From Candidatus Midichloriaceae bacterium (GTDB lineage: Bacteria; Pseudomonadota; Alphaproteobacteria; Rickettsiales; Midichloriaceae), in NCBI GenBank assembly GCA_046710445.1, contig JBKEHD010000001.1, positions 1,777-65,776 on the forward strand: 64,000 nt of DNA, in the 5' to 3' direction. The notes beneath the pieces were generated by a model that was not told the DNA's origin, did no database searches, and saw only the letters and a program-made list of their open reading frames with translations. Positions within the stretch are counted from its first letter, which is position 1. Every line of letters starts with the position of its first letter. Below, piece after piece: positions 40,122 to 49,806 of the stretch. A program made the position numbers and the translations under genes.

Positions 40122-41192
40122 ATGTTTTTGAAAAATACTATAGTTAGTATATTTTTTATTTTGAGTATGCCAATCCTTTTAAAGGCTGCTGACAAACAGG
40201 ATTGGAACGGTAAAGCCCCCGCTAGTCACGCTTATGAACCAAACCTCAATATATATCAAAATCATTCTATAATTAAAGTTTCACATAAAAAACAATCAGA
40301 TTTAGAAAGGGGTTCTATATACACAAGTGACTATGGTTTTAAATATTTGTATAATCATAGTAATAATCATGATAATAACAATCTAGATGGTATTTCTTTT
40401 TTTTATATAAATATTTTGATCACTTTAATATTAGTAATTATATTGGTATATTTTATACTACTGACTATATATTTGAAAAAAAAGATAACTATTTTATCAA
40501 ATAAAAAACCAACGGAAGAGTTTTTGCCATATCAAAAAAAAGAATATAACAATATTATTTTGTTTTTTCTTAAATATTTCTCTAATCAGCTTGAAGATGA
40601 GTATCAATTATTTTCAAATATATTACAAAATAATAAAAATAATGGTGATATTGTAGATATAAATAGTGAAGAAATTTTACAACAAATTGAGTCAAAAAGA
40701 CTTTTTATAAAGTATTATGAAGAAAATTTATATTCACAAAAAAAAGTGCAAAATTCACAATTTAATTTATCTGAGATTTTGGATGAATTTAGCGTTGATT
40801 TAAAGAAAGATGATATCTATCTATCTGTGTACAATGATTGTGAAGATATACATGTGAATTCTGATAAAGTTTTTTTTAAACAAATGTTTTATGAGTTAAT
40901 CAAAAATTATTATGGAAAAAATAAGAGTAGTAACTGCCTTATTAATATAGACGTAATAAAAGATAAAAATAATAAAATAATGATTTCTTTCGAAGGAAAA
41001 ACGCATTGCGACAAAGATGAAGATGAAAAAAAATTATCGAAAGTAAATTTTTCTAAAATATTGGAAATCAAAGAATTAGTTTTGCTTACAAAAGGTTTGT
41101 GTTTTGTAAAATTTATGGCAAACATTCTTGATGTTCCATTCAAAGTTAGGCAAGATGGTGGATTTAGTGTTTGTGAATTTTTTCTAAAATAA
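40122..41192 (+). CDS. membrane protein with sensor-kinase topology and a degenerate HisKA/HATPase-like cytoplasmic region (hypothetical)
   Basis: GGAG lies 6 nt upstream of ATG 40122. The layout is signal/TM1, an ~80-aa periplasmic segment, TM2, then FLKYFSNQLEDEY (H-box-like, with Asn in place of His). ELIKNYYG (N-box-like) follows ~107 aa later. The G1 and G2 boxes are not conserved. Confidence 0.45.
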   Translation: MFLKNTIVSIFFILSMPILLKAADKQDWNGKAPASHAYEPNLNIYQNHSIIKVSHKKQSDLERGSIYTSDYGFKYLYNHSNNHDNNNLDGISFFYINILITLILVIILVYFILLTIYLKKKITILSNKKPTEEFLPYQKKEYNNIILFFLKYFSNQLEDEYQLFSNILQNNKNNGDIVDINSEEILQQIESKRLFIKYYEENLYSQKKVQNSQFNLSEILDEFSVDLKKDDIYLSVYNDCEDIHVNSDKVFFKQMFYELIKNYYGKNKSSNCLINIDVIKDKNNKIMISFEGKTHCDKDEDEKKLSKVNFSKILEIKELVLLTKGLCFVKFMANILDVPFKVRQDGGFSVCEFFLK

Positions 41193-41251
41193 TTTGTAAT
41201 TTTATACAATTCCATAGTATATTGACATAAAATTAGATTTGTAATTTATAT

Positions 41252-42253
41252 ATGGATTTTAGTATAGCCGTAGTAGGTGCTACAGGAAATGTAGGTAGAG
41301 AAATTTTTAGAACACTTGAAGATTCTAATATAAAAATACGAGAAATATCAGCGTATGCATCTGAAAAATCTATTGGAAAACAAGTTAGTTTTGGCAAATT
41401 GAAAATAGATGTGAATCCAACTGTGAATGAAAGTTTTCATGATGTTGATTTAGTGTTTTTTGCTACAGAAGCTGCAATCTCGGGAAAATACGCTAAATAT
41501 GCTGCAAAACATGCAAAATTGGTAATAGATCTTTCTTCTCATTTCAGAATGGATAAAGATGTACCTCTTGTTGTTCCTGAAGTAAATCCAGAATCAATGT
41601 CTTTAGCTTTGGAATCTAAAATCATAGCTAACCCAAATTGTGTTGTGATTCCAATGGTAGTAGCTTTAAAAAAATTAAATGAATTTGCTGAAGTGTCAAG
41701 GATTGTAGTATCCACCTATCAATCTGTTTCTGGTGCTGGAAAAAAAGCGATGGATACATTATATGATCAATCAAAAAGAAAGATTTTCAATGTGTTTGAA
41801 GAGCAAGAGGTAGATGAAGATGAAAGTATTATAGCATTCAATGTTATTCCCAAAATCGATGAATTAACTGCAAGTGGATACACAAAAGAGGAAATTAAGG
41901 TTGCAAATGAAACTAAAAAAATACTTTCTGAAGAAATAGAAGTTAGTTCTACCTGTGTTAGGATACCAGTTTTTGTTGGGCATAGTATGGCCATTAATGT
42001 AGAGTTTTGTAAAAATATCTCTGTAGAAGAGGCTTATTCACTTTTAGAAAAGGCTGAGGGAGTTATAGTTTCCAAAGATAGTTATTTTTCACCAATTGAT
42101 TGTGTTGGAAAAGATGAAGTCTTTGTTTCTAGAATAAGACAAGATATTGCAAAAAACATTTTAAATTTATGGGTAGTATCTGATAATCTAAGAAAAGGTG
42201 CTGCTTTAAATGCAGTGCAAATAGCGGAAAAATTTATTGAAAAACACTTATGA
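41252..42253 (+). CDS. asd: aspartate-semialdehyde dehydrogenase
   Basis: VVGATGNVGRE (NADP site), the active-site IANPNCVVI, STYQSVSGAG and NLRKGAALNAVQIAE. Confidence 0.93.
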   Translation: MDFSIAVVGATGNVGREIFRTLEDSNIKIREISAYASEKSIGKQVSFGKLKIDVNPTVNESFHDVDLVFFATEAAISGKYAKYAAKHAKLVIDLSSHFRMDKDVPLVVPEVNPESMSLALESKIIANPNCVVIPMVVALKKLNEFAEVSRIVVSTYQSVSGAGKKAMDTLYDQSKRKIFNVFEEQEVDEDESIIAFNVIPKIDELTASGYTKEEIKVANETKKILSEEIEVSSTCVRIPVFVGHSMAINVEFCKNISVEEAYSLLEKAEGVIVSKDSYFSPIDCVGKDEVFVSRIRQDIAKNILNLWVVSDNLRKGAALNAVQIAEKFIEKHL

Positions 42254-43020
42254 GAATTTTATTTTTATATATAGCGTTTGTTTTTTGTGATGTTAATACT
42301 TTGTTTGCTGAGACAATTGCTGAGACAATTGCTGAGAAAAAAACATTTGATTCAGTATTAGATAGTTTTAGATCTGAGAAAAATATTATCAATTCCAAAA
42401 AAAATCAAAATAATACCAAGTCAGATTTGACGCGAGAAGAGGTGAAATCTTTTATTGATAACAAAAGAAAGTTAAATCAACCTATTAATTTAACTAATAA
42501 TTTAGGAATTAATTTTAATAATTTAGATTTAAGCAATATAGATTTTTCCAACGCAATAATGTATGGAGTTTCAATAAACAATTCAAAATTAGATAATAGT
42601 AATTTTACAAATACCTTTTTAGAAAGTTCTGTATTTTTAAATTCATCTTTGAAAAACACTAAATTTATCAATGTTAATGCAGGGAATATAAATTTTTCTG
42701 GTGCAGATTTACAAAATAGTATGTTCATTAATAGTTTTTTAAAAGATGGTATATTTAAAGATAGTAAATTAGATGGAGCTAGCTTTTTAAATGTTAATAT
42801 ATCAAATTCAAATTTTGATTCAGCAGTATTAAATAATACTCAAATAAAAAACTCTAATATTAAATATTCAAATTTCAAAAACATTACTTCATCCAATATG
42901 GATTGGGAATTAAACGATTTATCTCATAGTATTTTGAATAATGTTAAGATAACAAATTCTAAGTTAAAAGCTGTTGATATATCAAATAGTAAATTAAATT
43001 CCATCTATATGGATAATTGA
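42250..43020 (+). CDS. pentapeptide-repeat protein with a probable signal peptide
   Basis: A hydrophobic N-terminus ending in LFA is followed by ~35 consecutive A(D/N)LxX-type pentads (NLDLSNIDFSNAIMYGVSINNSKLDNSNFTNTFLESSVF...). The start overlaps the asd stop (ATGA). Confidence 0.8.
   Translation: MRILFLYIAFVFCDVNTLFAETIAETIAEKKTFDSVLDSFRSEKNIINSKKNQNNTKSDLTREEVKSFIDNKRKLNQPINLTNNLGINFNNLDLSNIDFSNAIMYGVSINNSKLDNSNFTNTFLESSVFLNSSLKNTKFINVNAGNINFSGADLQNSMFINSFLKDGIFKDSKLDGASFLNVNISNSNFDSAVLNNTQIKNSNIKYSNFKNITSSNMDWELNDLSHSILNNVKITNSKLKAVDISNSKLNSIYMDN
42307..42336 (+). repeat. 12-nt tandem repeat, 2.5 copies (GCTGAGACAATT)
   Basis: GCTGAGACAATT GCTGAGACAATT GCTGAG encodes AETIAETIAE immediately after the predicted signal-peptide cleavage site. 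Confidence 0.9.
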
Positions 43021-43023
43021 TAT

Positions 43024-43470
43024 ATGATTTCATCAAAATTTTACTCTTCTGAAATTGAAAATGTTGTATTCAAAAAAATGGAAGCAGAAGCAAATAATTT
43101 TTCTAATACACGCATTAAAAATATGCATGTATCTAACTCTCTCTTTAACTTATCATTATTTTTAGAAAGTAATATTGATAAAATAAGTTTTAATCTAACT
43201 AATTTACAAAATACAAATTTTTCAAAAAGTAAAATAAGTAATACTCAATTTCGGTCAGTAAATTTAAATCATGCAAATTTTTATTACACAAATTTTGAGA
43301 AAACTTATTTTGTGAATTCTTTTTTAGCTCATGTGGATTTTTCTAGAGGTGAGCTGCTTAATTCTTTTATTAATAATTGTAATTTATCAAATTGTAATTT
43401 TCGATTAACTAAGATTAAAGATATACGTTTACAAAATAATATAATCAAAGGTATCATGACAAGTGATTAG
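43024..43470 (+). CDS. pentapeptide-repeat protein (no signal peptide)
   Basis: Continuous pentad pattern (NFSNTRIKNMHVSNSLFNLSLFLESNIDKISFNLTNLQNTNFSKSKISNTQF...). It is in the same frame as the previous ORF, separated only by TGA TAT. Confidence 0.7.
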   Translation: MISSKFYSSEIENVVFKKMEAEANNFSNTRIKNMHVSNSLFNLSLFLESNIDKISFNLTNLQNTNFSKSKISNTQFRSVNLNHANFYYTNFEKTYFVNSFLAHVDFSRGELLNSFINNCNLSNCNFRLTKIKDIRLQNNIIKGIMTSD

Positions 43471-43504
43471 TATTATACTGATTGGAAATTTTTAGGTTAT
43501 TTTT

Positions 43505-46453
43505 TTGAAAAATACAATTATTTTTGTAAGCTTATTGGCTGGTATAGTCTTTATATTTATTTTATATTTAAGTATAGGTGGACCTAAAAATTTCAAATTA
43601 TTAGATTATTTAGTAAAAAATGAAATAGAGAAAAATATTGATGGTGTACAAATATCAAGTATTCAAAGTGGAATATTGTTTGATTGGAATGAAAAAAATT
43701 TACTCCTAAGCTTGAATAAATTAGATGTACAATACAACAGACAATTTTCAATAAAAGTTCCATCTATAAATCTCAAAATATCTATTATCAATTTACTTTT
43801 AAATAAAAAAAATAAGATTATAAATGGGGTTACATTTTTAGAGCAAAAATTTCAGTTAAGTAATATAAAAAATCATTCTAAATTAAGCAATACAAGTAAA
43901 ATAAAAATACCAATCGATTTATTGAAAAAGTATAAATCGTACTTGGAAAATACAGATTATAGTATAGATGATTTTAATTTTGGCATTAAACTAGAAGATG
44001 GAATTGAAAATAATATTGAGATAAAAAATTTCAATATAAATTTGGGAGATTTCACAAGCGGTTTTAATGGAAAGATTATAAGTCATATGATCCTAAATGG
44101 GTATGAGTTTGATATAAATGTCACATTACTAGAGAAAAAAGATTACATCGATTTAAACGGAATTTTAGAGGCTAAAAATAACGATAATAAAATAACTTTT
44201 TTAAATTCTCAAATTGATACTGGTTATCAAATCAATATTAGCTCTCAGTTAAAATATTTAAATTTTGTTGAAAAAGTGAAATTTCAATTTAAGCAAAGTA
44301 ATGATGGATATGTCAGTGATTCAAATTTTGTAGATGAGCCAATAAAATTTAATGATTTAATTTTTGATGGAGAGATAAATAATAACTTTTCTTCAGTTAA
44401 TATATTAGATCTTCAGGGAAATATTGATGATAAAGTTAATATAAATGGAAATATGAAGTATAGCGCTAATAATTTTAGTATGAATGTCAAATTCAAAGAT
44501 TTGTCAGTAAGTAAATTTTTAGAAAAATGGTCATCATCATTATTGCCAAATGTGCGTAAATGGTTATCTATACATTTAAAATCTGGTGCAATATCTAGTT
44601 TAGATTTGAAAAAGGATAAAGATACTCCAATGACTACATCAATCAATATGAAATCAGTAAATATTAAATATGGAGATTCGTATCCTAGGATACTGCTTGG
44701 ATCAGCTGCTGTTAAATTTAGTAAAAAATCTCTTTTTATTTATTCCGAAGATGCAAAAATTATAGGTAATAATATTAAAACAATTTCCGCTAAAATAGAT
44801 GATTTTCAAAGTAATAATATAGTCATGAAGTTTTCTGCTTTAATAGAGGGATTGATTGTGAATCAGTTGAATATAGCTAAAGCTCATCACAAATTACCTA
44901 AATTACCCAATATTAAAGGAACTGCAGATACAAAAATAACATTCCAAATCCCTTTGCAGAAACATGATTTTAAATTTTATGACTTAAAGTTAGATATTAA
45001 TTCCAATTTAAATAAAGTGTGTTTTCAGGATCCAGATAATCTATACAGTTTAAATGACGGAGATTTCAAATTAAAATTTTTAGATCAAGAATTATCAATC
45101 GATGGAAATGCTAATATAAATAAGAATTTGCACACAGATATACATTCTAAATTTTTTCTTAATAAAGAAAAAGAATATACTATTAAGTTGAAATCCAAAG
45201 CATCTGTGAAAGATTTGCAAAAATCAAACATACCTTTTTCTAATTATTTTTCTGGTATAACGACTATAGATGCGGTTGTGAAATCAAATTCACAAGCTAT
45301 TGAAACAGATGTGATATTAAATTTAGATATGGCTTTTATAAACCTGGATGCAATTGCAGTTGTGAAAAGAAATTACTCTCCGAGTAAAATAACTTTCAAA
45401 CTTATTGATGATAGGAAATCTTCTATTGAAATAAAGGATTTTTTATTTTCATTACCAACTCAATCATTTAAAGGAGATGGTATAATTGACAAAAAAACAA
45501 GTGATATTACTTATTTCACATCTAATATTTTGCAAAAAAACATGAAGGGTTTCAATATAAAATACGAAAATAGTAATGAAACAAAAAAGATAACAATCAA
45601 TGGTATAGAAGCAAATTTGAGTGAATTGAATATAGGGCAGTTAATAACTTTTGTGAAAAAAAACAATGCAAACAAACAAGAGTCATTTTCTTTAGTTGGT
45701 AATATTAAATCTATAAAATTAAAAAATAATATTGTATTGAAAAATAATAATATGGAAATCACCTCCTCTCCTGAATCAAATAAATTAGAATTTTTAGGTG
45801 AATTAGAGAATAAAAAAATAGTGAAACTTCATTACAATTATCCAATATTTGTTTTTATATCTGAAAATGCTGGTGAAATTTTAAAAGGGTTTGGGATTAC
45901 AGAAAAAATTAATGATGGGCAAATGGAAATTAGAGGTGAATTCCAAAAAGATAAAATGTTCAATGGAAATATTGTTATGGGTGGTTTTTATGCGCAACGC
46001 ATGCCATTTCTTTTGAATTTATTAACCTTGGATAACCCATTTTCGACAATTAACAATATGATGAAAAATAAAGGATTATATTTTCAAGATTGTGAATGTG
46101 CAATAAAATATAATAATAAATTAAATGTTATATATTTCGATAATTGTCTTGCTAAATCACAACAAATTAATTTAAAAATTAATGGCAATATAGACTTAAA
46201 TAAACAGTATTTAAATTCACAAGGTGTTGTTATTCCTCAGAATATTATAAATAAAGTTTCTAGTAAAATACCGCTATTGAATATTATCTCGGGTTCGAAA
46301 AATGAAGGCTTAATAATGAGTACATTATTTGATCTAAACGGTCCTATAAATAAAGAATTGAAATTAAAAATAAATTATTTATCAACATTTACCCCTGGAG
46401 TTATTCGCGATATAATGAAAAAGAAGGAAATAAATAAGGAAGAAAGCAAGTAA
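43505..46453 (+). CDS. YhdP/AsmA-like large envelope protein (DUF3971 / AsmA C-terminal type)
   Basis: A single N-terminal TM is followed by a ~950-aa beta-rich region. The C-terminal block is INGNIDLNKQYLNSQGVVIPQ ... IPLLNIISGS ... LFDLNGPINKELKLKINYLSTFTPGVIRDI, typical of AsmA-like C-termini. The start codon is TTG. Confidence 0.6.
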   Translation: MKNTIIFVSLLAGIVFIFILYLSIGGPKNFKLLDYLVKNEIEKNIDGVQISSIQSGILFDWNEKNLLLSLNKLDVQYNRQFSIKVPSINLKISIINLLLNKKNKIINGVTFLEQKFQLSNIKNHSKLSNTSKIKIPIDLLKKYKSYLENTDYSIDDFNFGIKLEDGIENNIEIKNFNINLGDFTSGFNGKIISHMILNGYEFDINVTLLEKKDYIDLNGILEAKNNDNKITFLNSQIDTGYQINISSQLKYLNFVEKVKFQFKQSNDGYVSDSNFVDEPIKFNDLIFDGEINNNFSSVNILDLQGNIDDKVNINGNMKYSANNFSMNVKFKDLSVSKFLEKWSSSLLPNVRKWLSIHLKSGAISSLDLKKDKDTPMTTSINMKSVNIKYGDSYPRILLGSAAVKFSKKSLFIYSEDAKIIGNNIKTISAKIDDFQSNNIVMKFSALIEGLIVNQLNIAKAHHKLPKLPNIKGTADTKITFQIPLQKHDFKFYDLKLDINSNLNKVCFQDPDNLYSLNDGDFKLKFLDQELSIDGNANINKNLHTDIHSKFFLNKEKEYTIKLKSKASVKDLQKSNIPFSNYFSGITTIDAVVKSNSQAIETDVILNLDMAFINLDAIAVVKRNYSPSKITFKLIDDRKSSIEIKDFLFSLPTQSFKGDGIIDKKTSDITYFTSNILQKNMKGFNIKYENSNETKKITINGIEANLSELNIGQLITFVKKNNANKQESFSLVGNIKSIKLKNNIVLKNNNMEITSSPESNKLEFLGELENKKIVKLHYNYPIFVFISENAGEILKGFGITEKINDGQMEIRGEFQKDKMFNGNIVMGGFYAQRMPFLLNLLTLDNPFSTINNMMKNKGLYFQDCECAIKYNNKLNVIYFDNCLAKSQQINLKINGNIDLNKQYLNSQGVVIPQNIINKVSSKIPLLNIISGSKNEGLIMSTLFDLNGPINKELKLKINYLSTFTPGVIRDIMKKKEINKEESK

Positions 46454-46466
46454 TTATTTGCTATAC

Positions 46467-46493
46467 AGAAATTTGGCATTATACAAAATTTCT
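46467..46493 (+). terminator. weak AT-only hairpin after the yhdP-like gene
   Basis: AGAAATTT (46467..46474) and AAATTTCT (46486..46493) form an 8-bp stem with an 11-nt loop, followed by ATATTTTT. Confidence 0.25.
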
Positions 46494-46524
46494 ATATTTT
46501 TCTACTATTATAAATCCTAATTAT

Positions 46525-47433
46525 TTATTCCTTATTGAAAAATATATCGGAAAACTCTCGCCATTCCCTCTTAGACATGCCGCTATTTTCTTGAGATATA
46601 TTTTTTCCATCTAGTATATCTTGGATAACTTTCACACCTGCTTTTGAAACATTAACTGAATCTTTTCTATAATTAATAAATGCTTCGTATACATGCGGGA
46701 CCCATTTTTGAACAATTTTTAATATTGTATCGGCGTATGCACGGATCTCATATTGAGAATGAGAATCTGCTCTTAATCTTAAAAAATGTAGCAAATTACT
46801 TAAATCTATTTTCCAATACCATTGTGTATAATAGTTCAGATTTAAATTCATTCTGGCTAATTCTCTGGCTATTCCTTTTTTATTGGGATCTTTTATTTCA
46901 CCAGTTTCTTCGTCTAAATTTAGTAAATCCATATAACTATCATAGCATCTGACAGCATCATTTCGTAATATATCTAAAACTTGTTTTGCTTCTTCTGGGC
47001 TTAAATTATTACCACGACCCTGATTATTGATCTCTGATTGAACTGCTATATTCTCTACGCTTGGTAAATAAAATTCTTTGTCCAATATAGAGTATCTTGC
47101 AGAATATTCGTTTACATTTGCGGTTCTATGTCTAATCCACTGTCTTGCTATAAAGATTGGCAATTTTACATGCAATTTTATCTCACACATTTCAAAAGGA
47201 GTATTATGATAATGCCTCATCAAATAATTTATCAACCCCTTATCTTTATTTATCATTTTTGTACCTTTTCCATAAGATACCCTAGCTGCTTGTACGATAG
47301 AAGAATCATCTCCCATATAATCAACAACTCTAACAAAACCGTGATCTAGCACTGGAGTAGGTTCAAATAAAATTTTTTCTAACTCTGGAACGGTTGCTCT
47401 TTTTGTATAAAATACTTCTGTATCTTTACTCAT
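46525..47433 (-). CDS. thyX: FAD-dependent thymidylate synthase
   Basis: The ThyX motif is [16 protein letters not shown] (RHRxxSxNExSxRY pattern). The N-terminal [12 protein letters not shown] is also typical. Confidence 0.92.
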   Translation of the reverse strand: MSKDTEVFYTKRATVPELEKILFEPTPVLDHGFVRVVDYMGDDSSIVQAARVSYGKGTKMINKDKGLINYLMRHYHNTPFEMCEIKLHVKLPIFIARQWIRHRTANVNEYSARYSILDKEFYLPSVENIAVQSEINNQGRGNNLSPEEAKQVLDILRNDAVRCYDSYMDLLNLDEETGEIKDPNKKGIARELARMNLNLNYYTQWYWKIDLSNLLHFLRLRADSHSQYEIRAYADTILKIVQKWVPHVYEAFINYRKDSVNVSKAGVKVIQDILDGKNISQENSGMSKREWREFSDIFFNKE

Positions 47434-47533
47434 ATAAAATAATACCACTTAAAAACTTGATTATTAAAAATAAATGCATCTAAAATGAAATGTTGATAAT
47501 AGCAGAAATAAATAAAAAATAAAGAAAAGCAAA

Positions 47534-49723
47534 ATGGGAAAATTATTGCAAGAAACAAAAGGCTACAATACAGAATATTTGTTTGATGAATTACTTGAAA
47601 AGTTAAAAAATACTTCAAATCTAAATTTAGATAATATTAGGGAAGCTTTTGACCTAGCTAGAAAATTTCACGAGGGTCAAATTAGAGCTTCAAAAGAGCC
47701 ATATATTACTCATCCTGTAGAGGTTGCTAAAATTCTTGCGGATTTACATATGGATACCAACACTATTGTTACAGCTCTTTTGCATGATACGATAGAAGAT
47801 ACAGAATTAACTTACGAAGATATATTGGGGCAATTTGGTAAAGAAGTGGCTGATATGGTTCAAGGCACTACAAAATTGACATATATTGAAGAAAAATTGT
47901 GTTTTTTAACTCAGGAAGAAAAGACATTAGAAAATTATAGAAATCTTATTTGTGCCGTTTCGAAAGATATACGTGTATTAATTATCAAACTTGCAGATAG
48001 ATTGCATAATATGAGGACTCTTCATTATATTACCAATCAGAATAAACGAAAAAGAATAGCGATGGAAACAATGGATATTCATGCGGCACTTGCAGAGCGT
48101 ATTGGAATTCATAGTTTTAAAAATGATTTGCAAGAATTAGCTTTTTCCGAGCTGTATAGAAAGGAAAAAAGATATATAGAGAAGCAATTAGAGGAGTTGG
48201 GGGAAAACAGAGATTATTTGGTTAAAGAAATTGAAGATATTTTAAGAGAGGCTCTTGAGCAAAGTGGTATGAGCGATATTTTAGTAAGTGGTAGAGAAAA
48301 AAAGATATGTTCTATATGGATGAAATTGAAAAATAAAAAAATATCTTTTGAGAATTTATCAGATATTTTTGCTTTTAGAATTGTTACAAAAAATTTAAAA
48401 GCTTGTTATGAGGCTTTAGGAATAGTGCATAACAAATTTCAAATAGTTCCAGGTTATTTTAAAGATTATATAAGTATCCCAAAAATAAATGGGTATAAAT
48501 CCTTACATACTATAGTAATCGGGCCTAAAAACAAAAAGATAGAAGTGCAAATTAAAACAGAAGAAATGCATGAAATTGCTGAATACGGAATAGCAGCTCA
48601 TTGGCAATATAAACAAAATATTATTGAAGATGATAAAAACTTTAAGTGGATAAATGAAATTTTAGCAATATTACAAAATACTGCCAATCCATCAGAAGTA
48701 TTGCAAAATTCAAAATTAGAAATGGAATATCATCAAATATTTTGTTTTACTCCCAAGGGTAAATTGATAGTTCTTCCAAAAGATTCAACTGTATTAGATT
48801 TTGCATTTTATATTCATTCCAACATAGGATTAAGGTTTATTTCAGCCTATATAAACAAAGAAATTGTACCAATGCATTATAGGATTAGAAATGGAGATCA
48901 AATTGAAATTATTTATGAAAAAGATTATAAAGCTTTAGAATCGTGGAATGCTATATTACAAACTGGAAAGGCAAAAAGTGAATTAAAAAAATATTTCAAT
49001 GAGATCAAAAAAAATAAAAAGATGGAGGAGGGAAAGGCAAAATTCTTTTTATATCTGGATAGATTACATATTTCATATGAAGAATTGAATCTTAAATTCC
49101 CTATGGTTTATAAAACTCATAACATAGAGGATATTGATAAATTATTTGTATCAATAGGAAGAGAAGATTTTTATGTGAAAGATTTAATTAGAGATATTTA
49201 TCCATATTTCACAGATAGTAATTTTTTTAAAATTCTTATAAAGAAGCTCCATAGATTATATAAATACAAAATTAAAAATCAGAATGAATATCAAATAAAA
49301 ATATCTTCAGAAGTTATTTTACCAAAATGCTGTTTTCCTATCAGAGGGGATAAATGTATGCAATTGATAGATGAAAAAAATAATATTACAATACATAGAA
49401 AGAATTGTTTAGAGATCAAAAATGCAGATAGGTCTTTAAATTTTATTTCCTCTTTTTCATGGAAAGACAGAAAAGAGCTATTGTTTAATGTAAAGATAAT
49501 AGTTTTGATTTCAAATAAATCTGGTAGTTTTAGAGCTGTTACAAATCAGATTTTTTTGATGGGTATAAATATTTTTAATATTAGTACTGCAAGTGAATAT
49601 GAAGATTTTTTTGAATGCTCTGTTGTAGTTGAAGTGGTGAATTTAGATCAACTAAATAAATTAATGTCAAAATTTAAAACATTGGAGAATGTATATTCTA
49701 TAAGACGTTATATAGATTCTTAA
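47534..49723 (+). CDS. spoT: bifunctional (p)ppGpp synthetase/hydrolase (RelA/SpoT homologue)
   Basis: The HD domain is HPVEVAKIL ... LLHDTIEDT. The synthetase blocks are DIFAFRIV, GYKSLHTIV and EVQIKTEEMHEIAEYGIAAHWQYK. A TGS domain (FTPKGKLIVLP) and a C-terminal ACT-like domain are also present. Confidence 0.9.
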   Translation: MGKLLQETKGYNTEYLFDELLEKLKNTSNLNLDNIREAFDLARKFHEGQIRASKEPYITHPVEVAKILADLHMDTNTIVTALLHDTIEDTELTYEDILGQFGKEVADMVQGTTKLTYIEEKLCFLTQEEKTLENYRNLICAVSKDIRVLIIKLADRLHNMRTLHYITNQNKRKRIAMETMDIHAALAERIGIHSFKNDLQELAFSELYRKEKRYIEKQLEELGENRDYLVKEIEDILREALEQSGMSDILVSGREKKICSIWMKLKNKKISFENLSDIFAFRIVTKNLKACYEALGIVHNKFQIVPGYFKDYISIPKINGYKSLHTIVIGPKNKKIEVQIKTEEMHEIAEYGIAAHWQYKQNIIEDDKNFKWINEILAILQNTANPSEVLQNSKLEMEYHQIFCFTPKGKLIVLPKDSTVLDFAFYIHSNIGLRFISAYINKEIVPMHYRIRNGDQIEIIYEKDYKALESWNAILQTGKAKSELKKYFNEIKKNKKMEEGKAKFFLYLDRLHISYEELNLKFPMVYKTHNIEDIDKLFVSIGREDFYVKDLIRDIYPYFTDSNFFKILIKKLHRLYKYKIKNQNEYQIKISSEVILPKCCFPIRGDKCMQLIDEKNNITIHRKNCLEIKNADRSLNFISSFSWKDRKELLFNVKIIVLISNKSGSFRAVTNQIFLMGINIFNISTASEYEDFFECSVVVEVVNLDQLNKLMSKFKTLENVYSIRRYIDS

Positions 49724-49806
49724 GATTTATTGCAGGTATATAATTATTTACATAATTAATTAGGTATTGTAGCATTAAATAGATGTGAATGTGATTATAT
49801 ATTAGT

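Noticed and set aside
43018-43020. The idea that TGA is read as Trp (genetic code 4), which would fuse PRP1 and PRP2.
   Set aside because: TGA terminates several conserved genes at their expected C-termini in this window: coaX at 5309..5311, proS at 8097..8099 and the T1SS ABC gene at 9892..9894. Conserved Trp positions are encoded by TGG. Global recoding is therefore not supported, although local readthrough remains possible.
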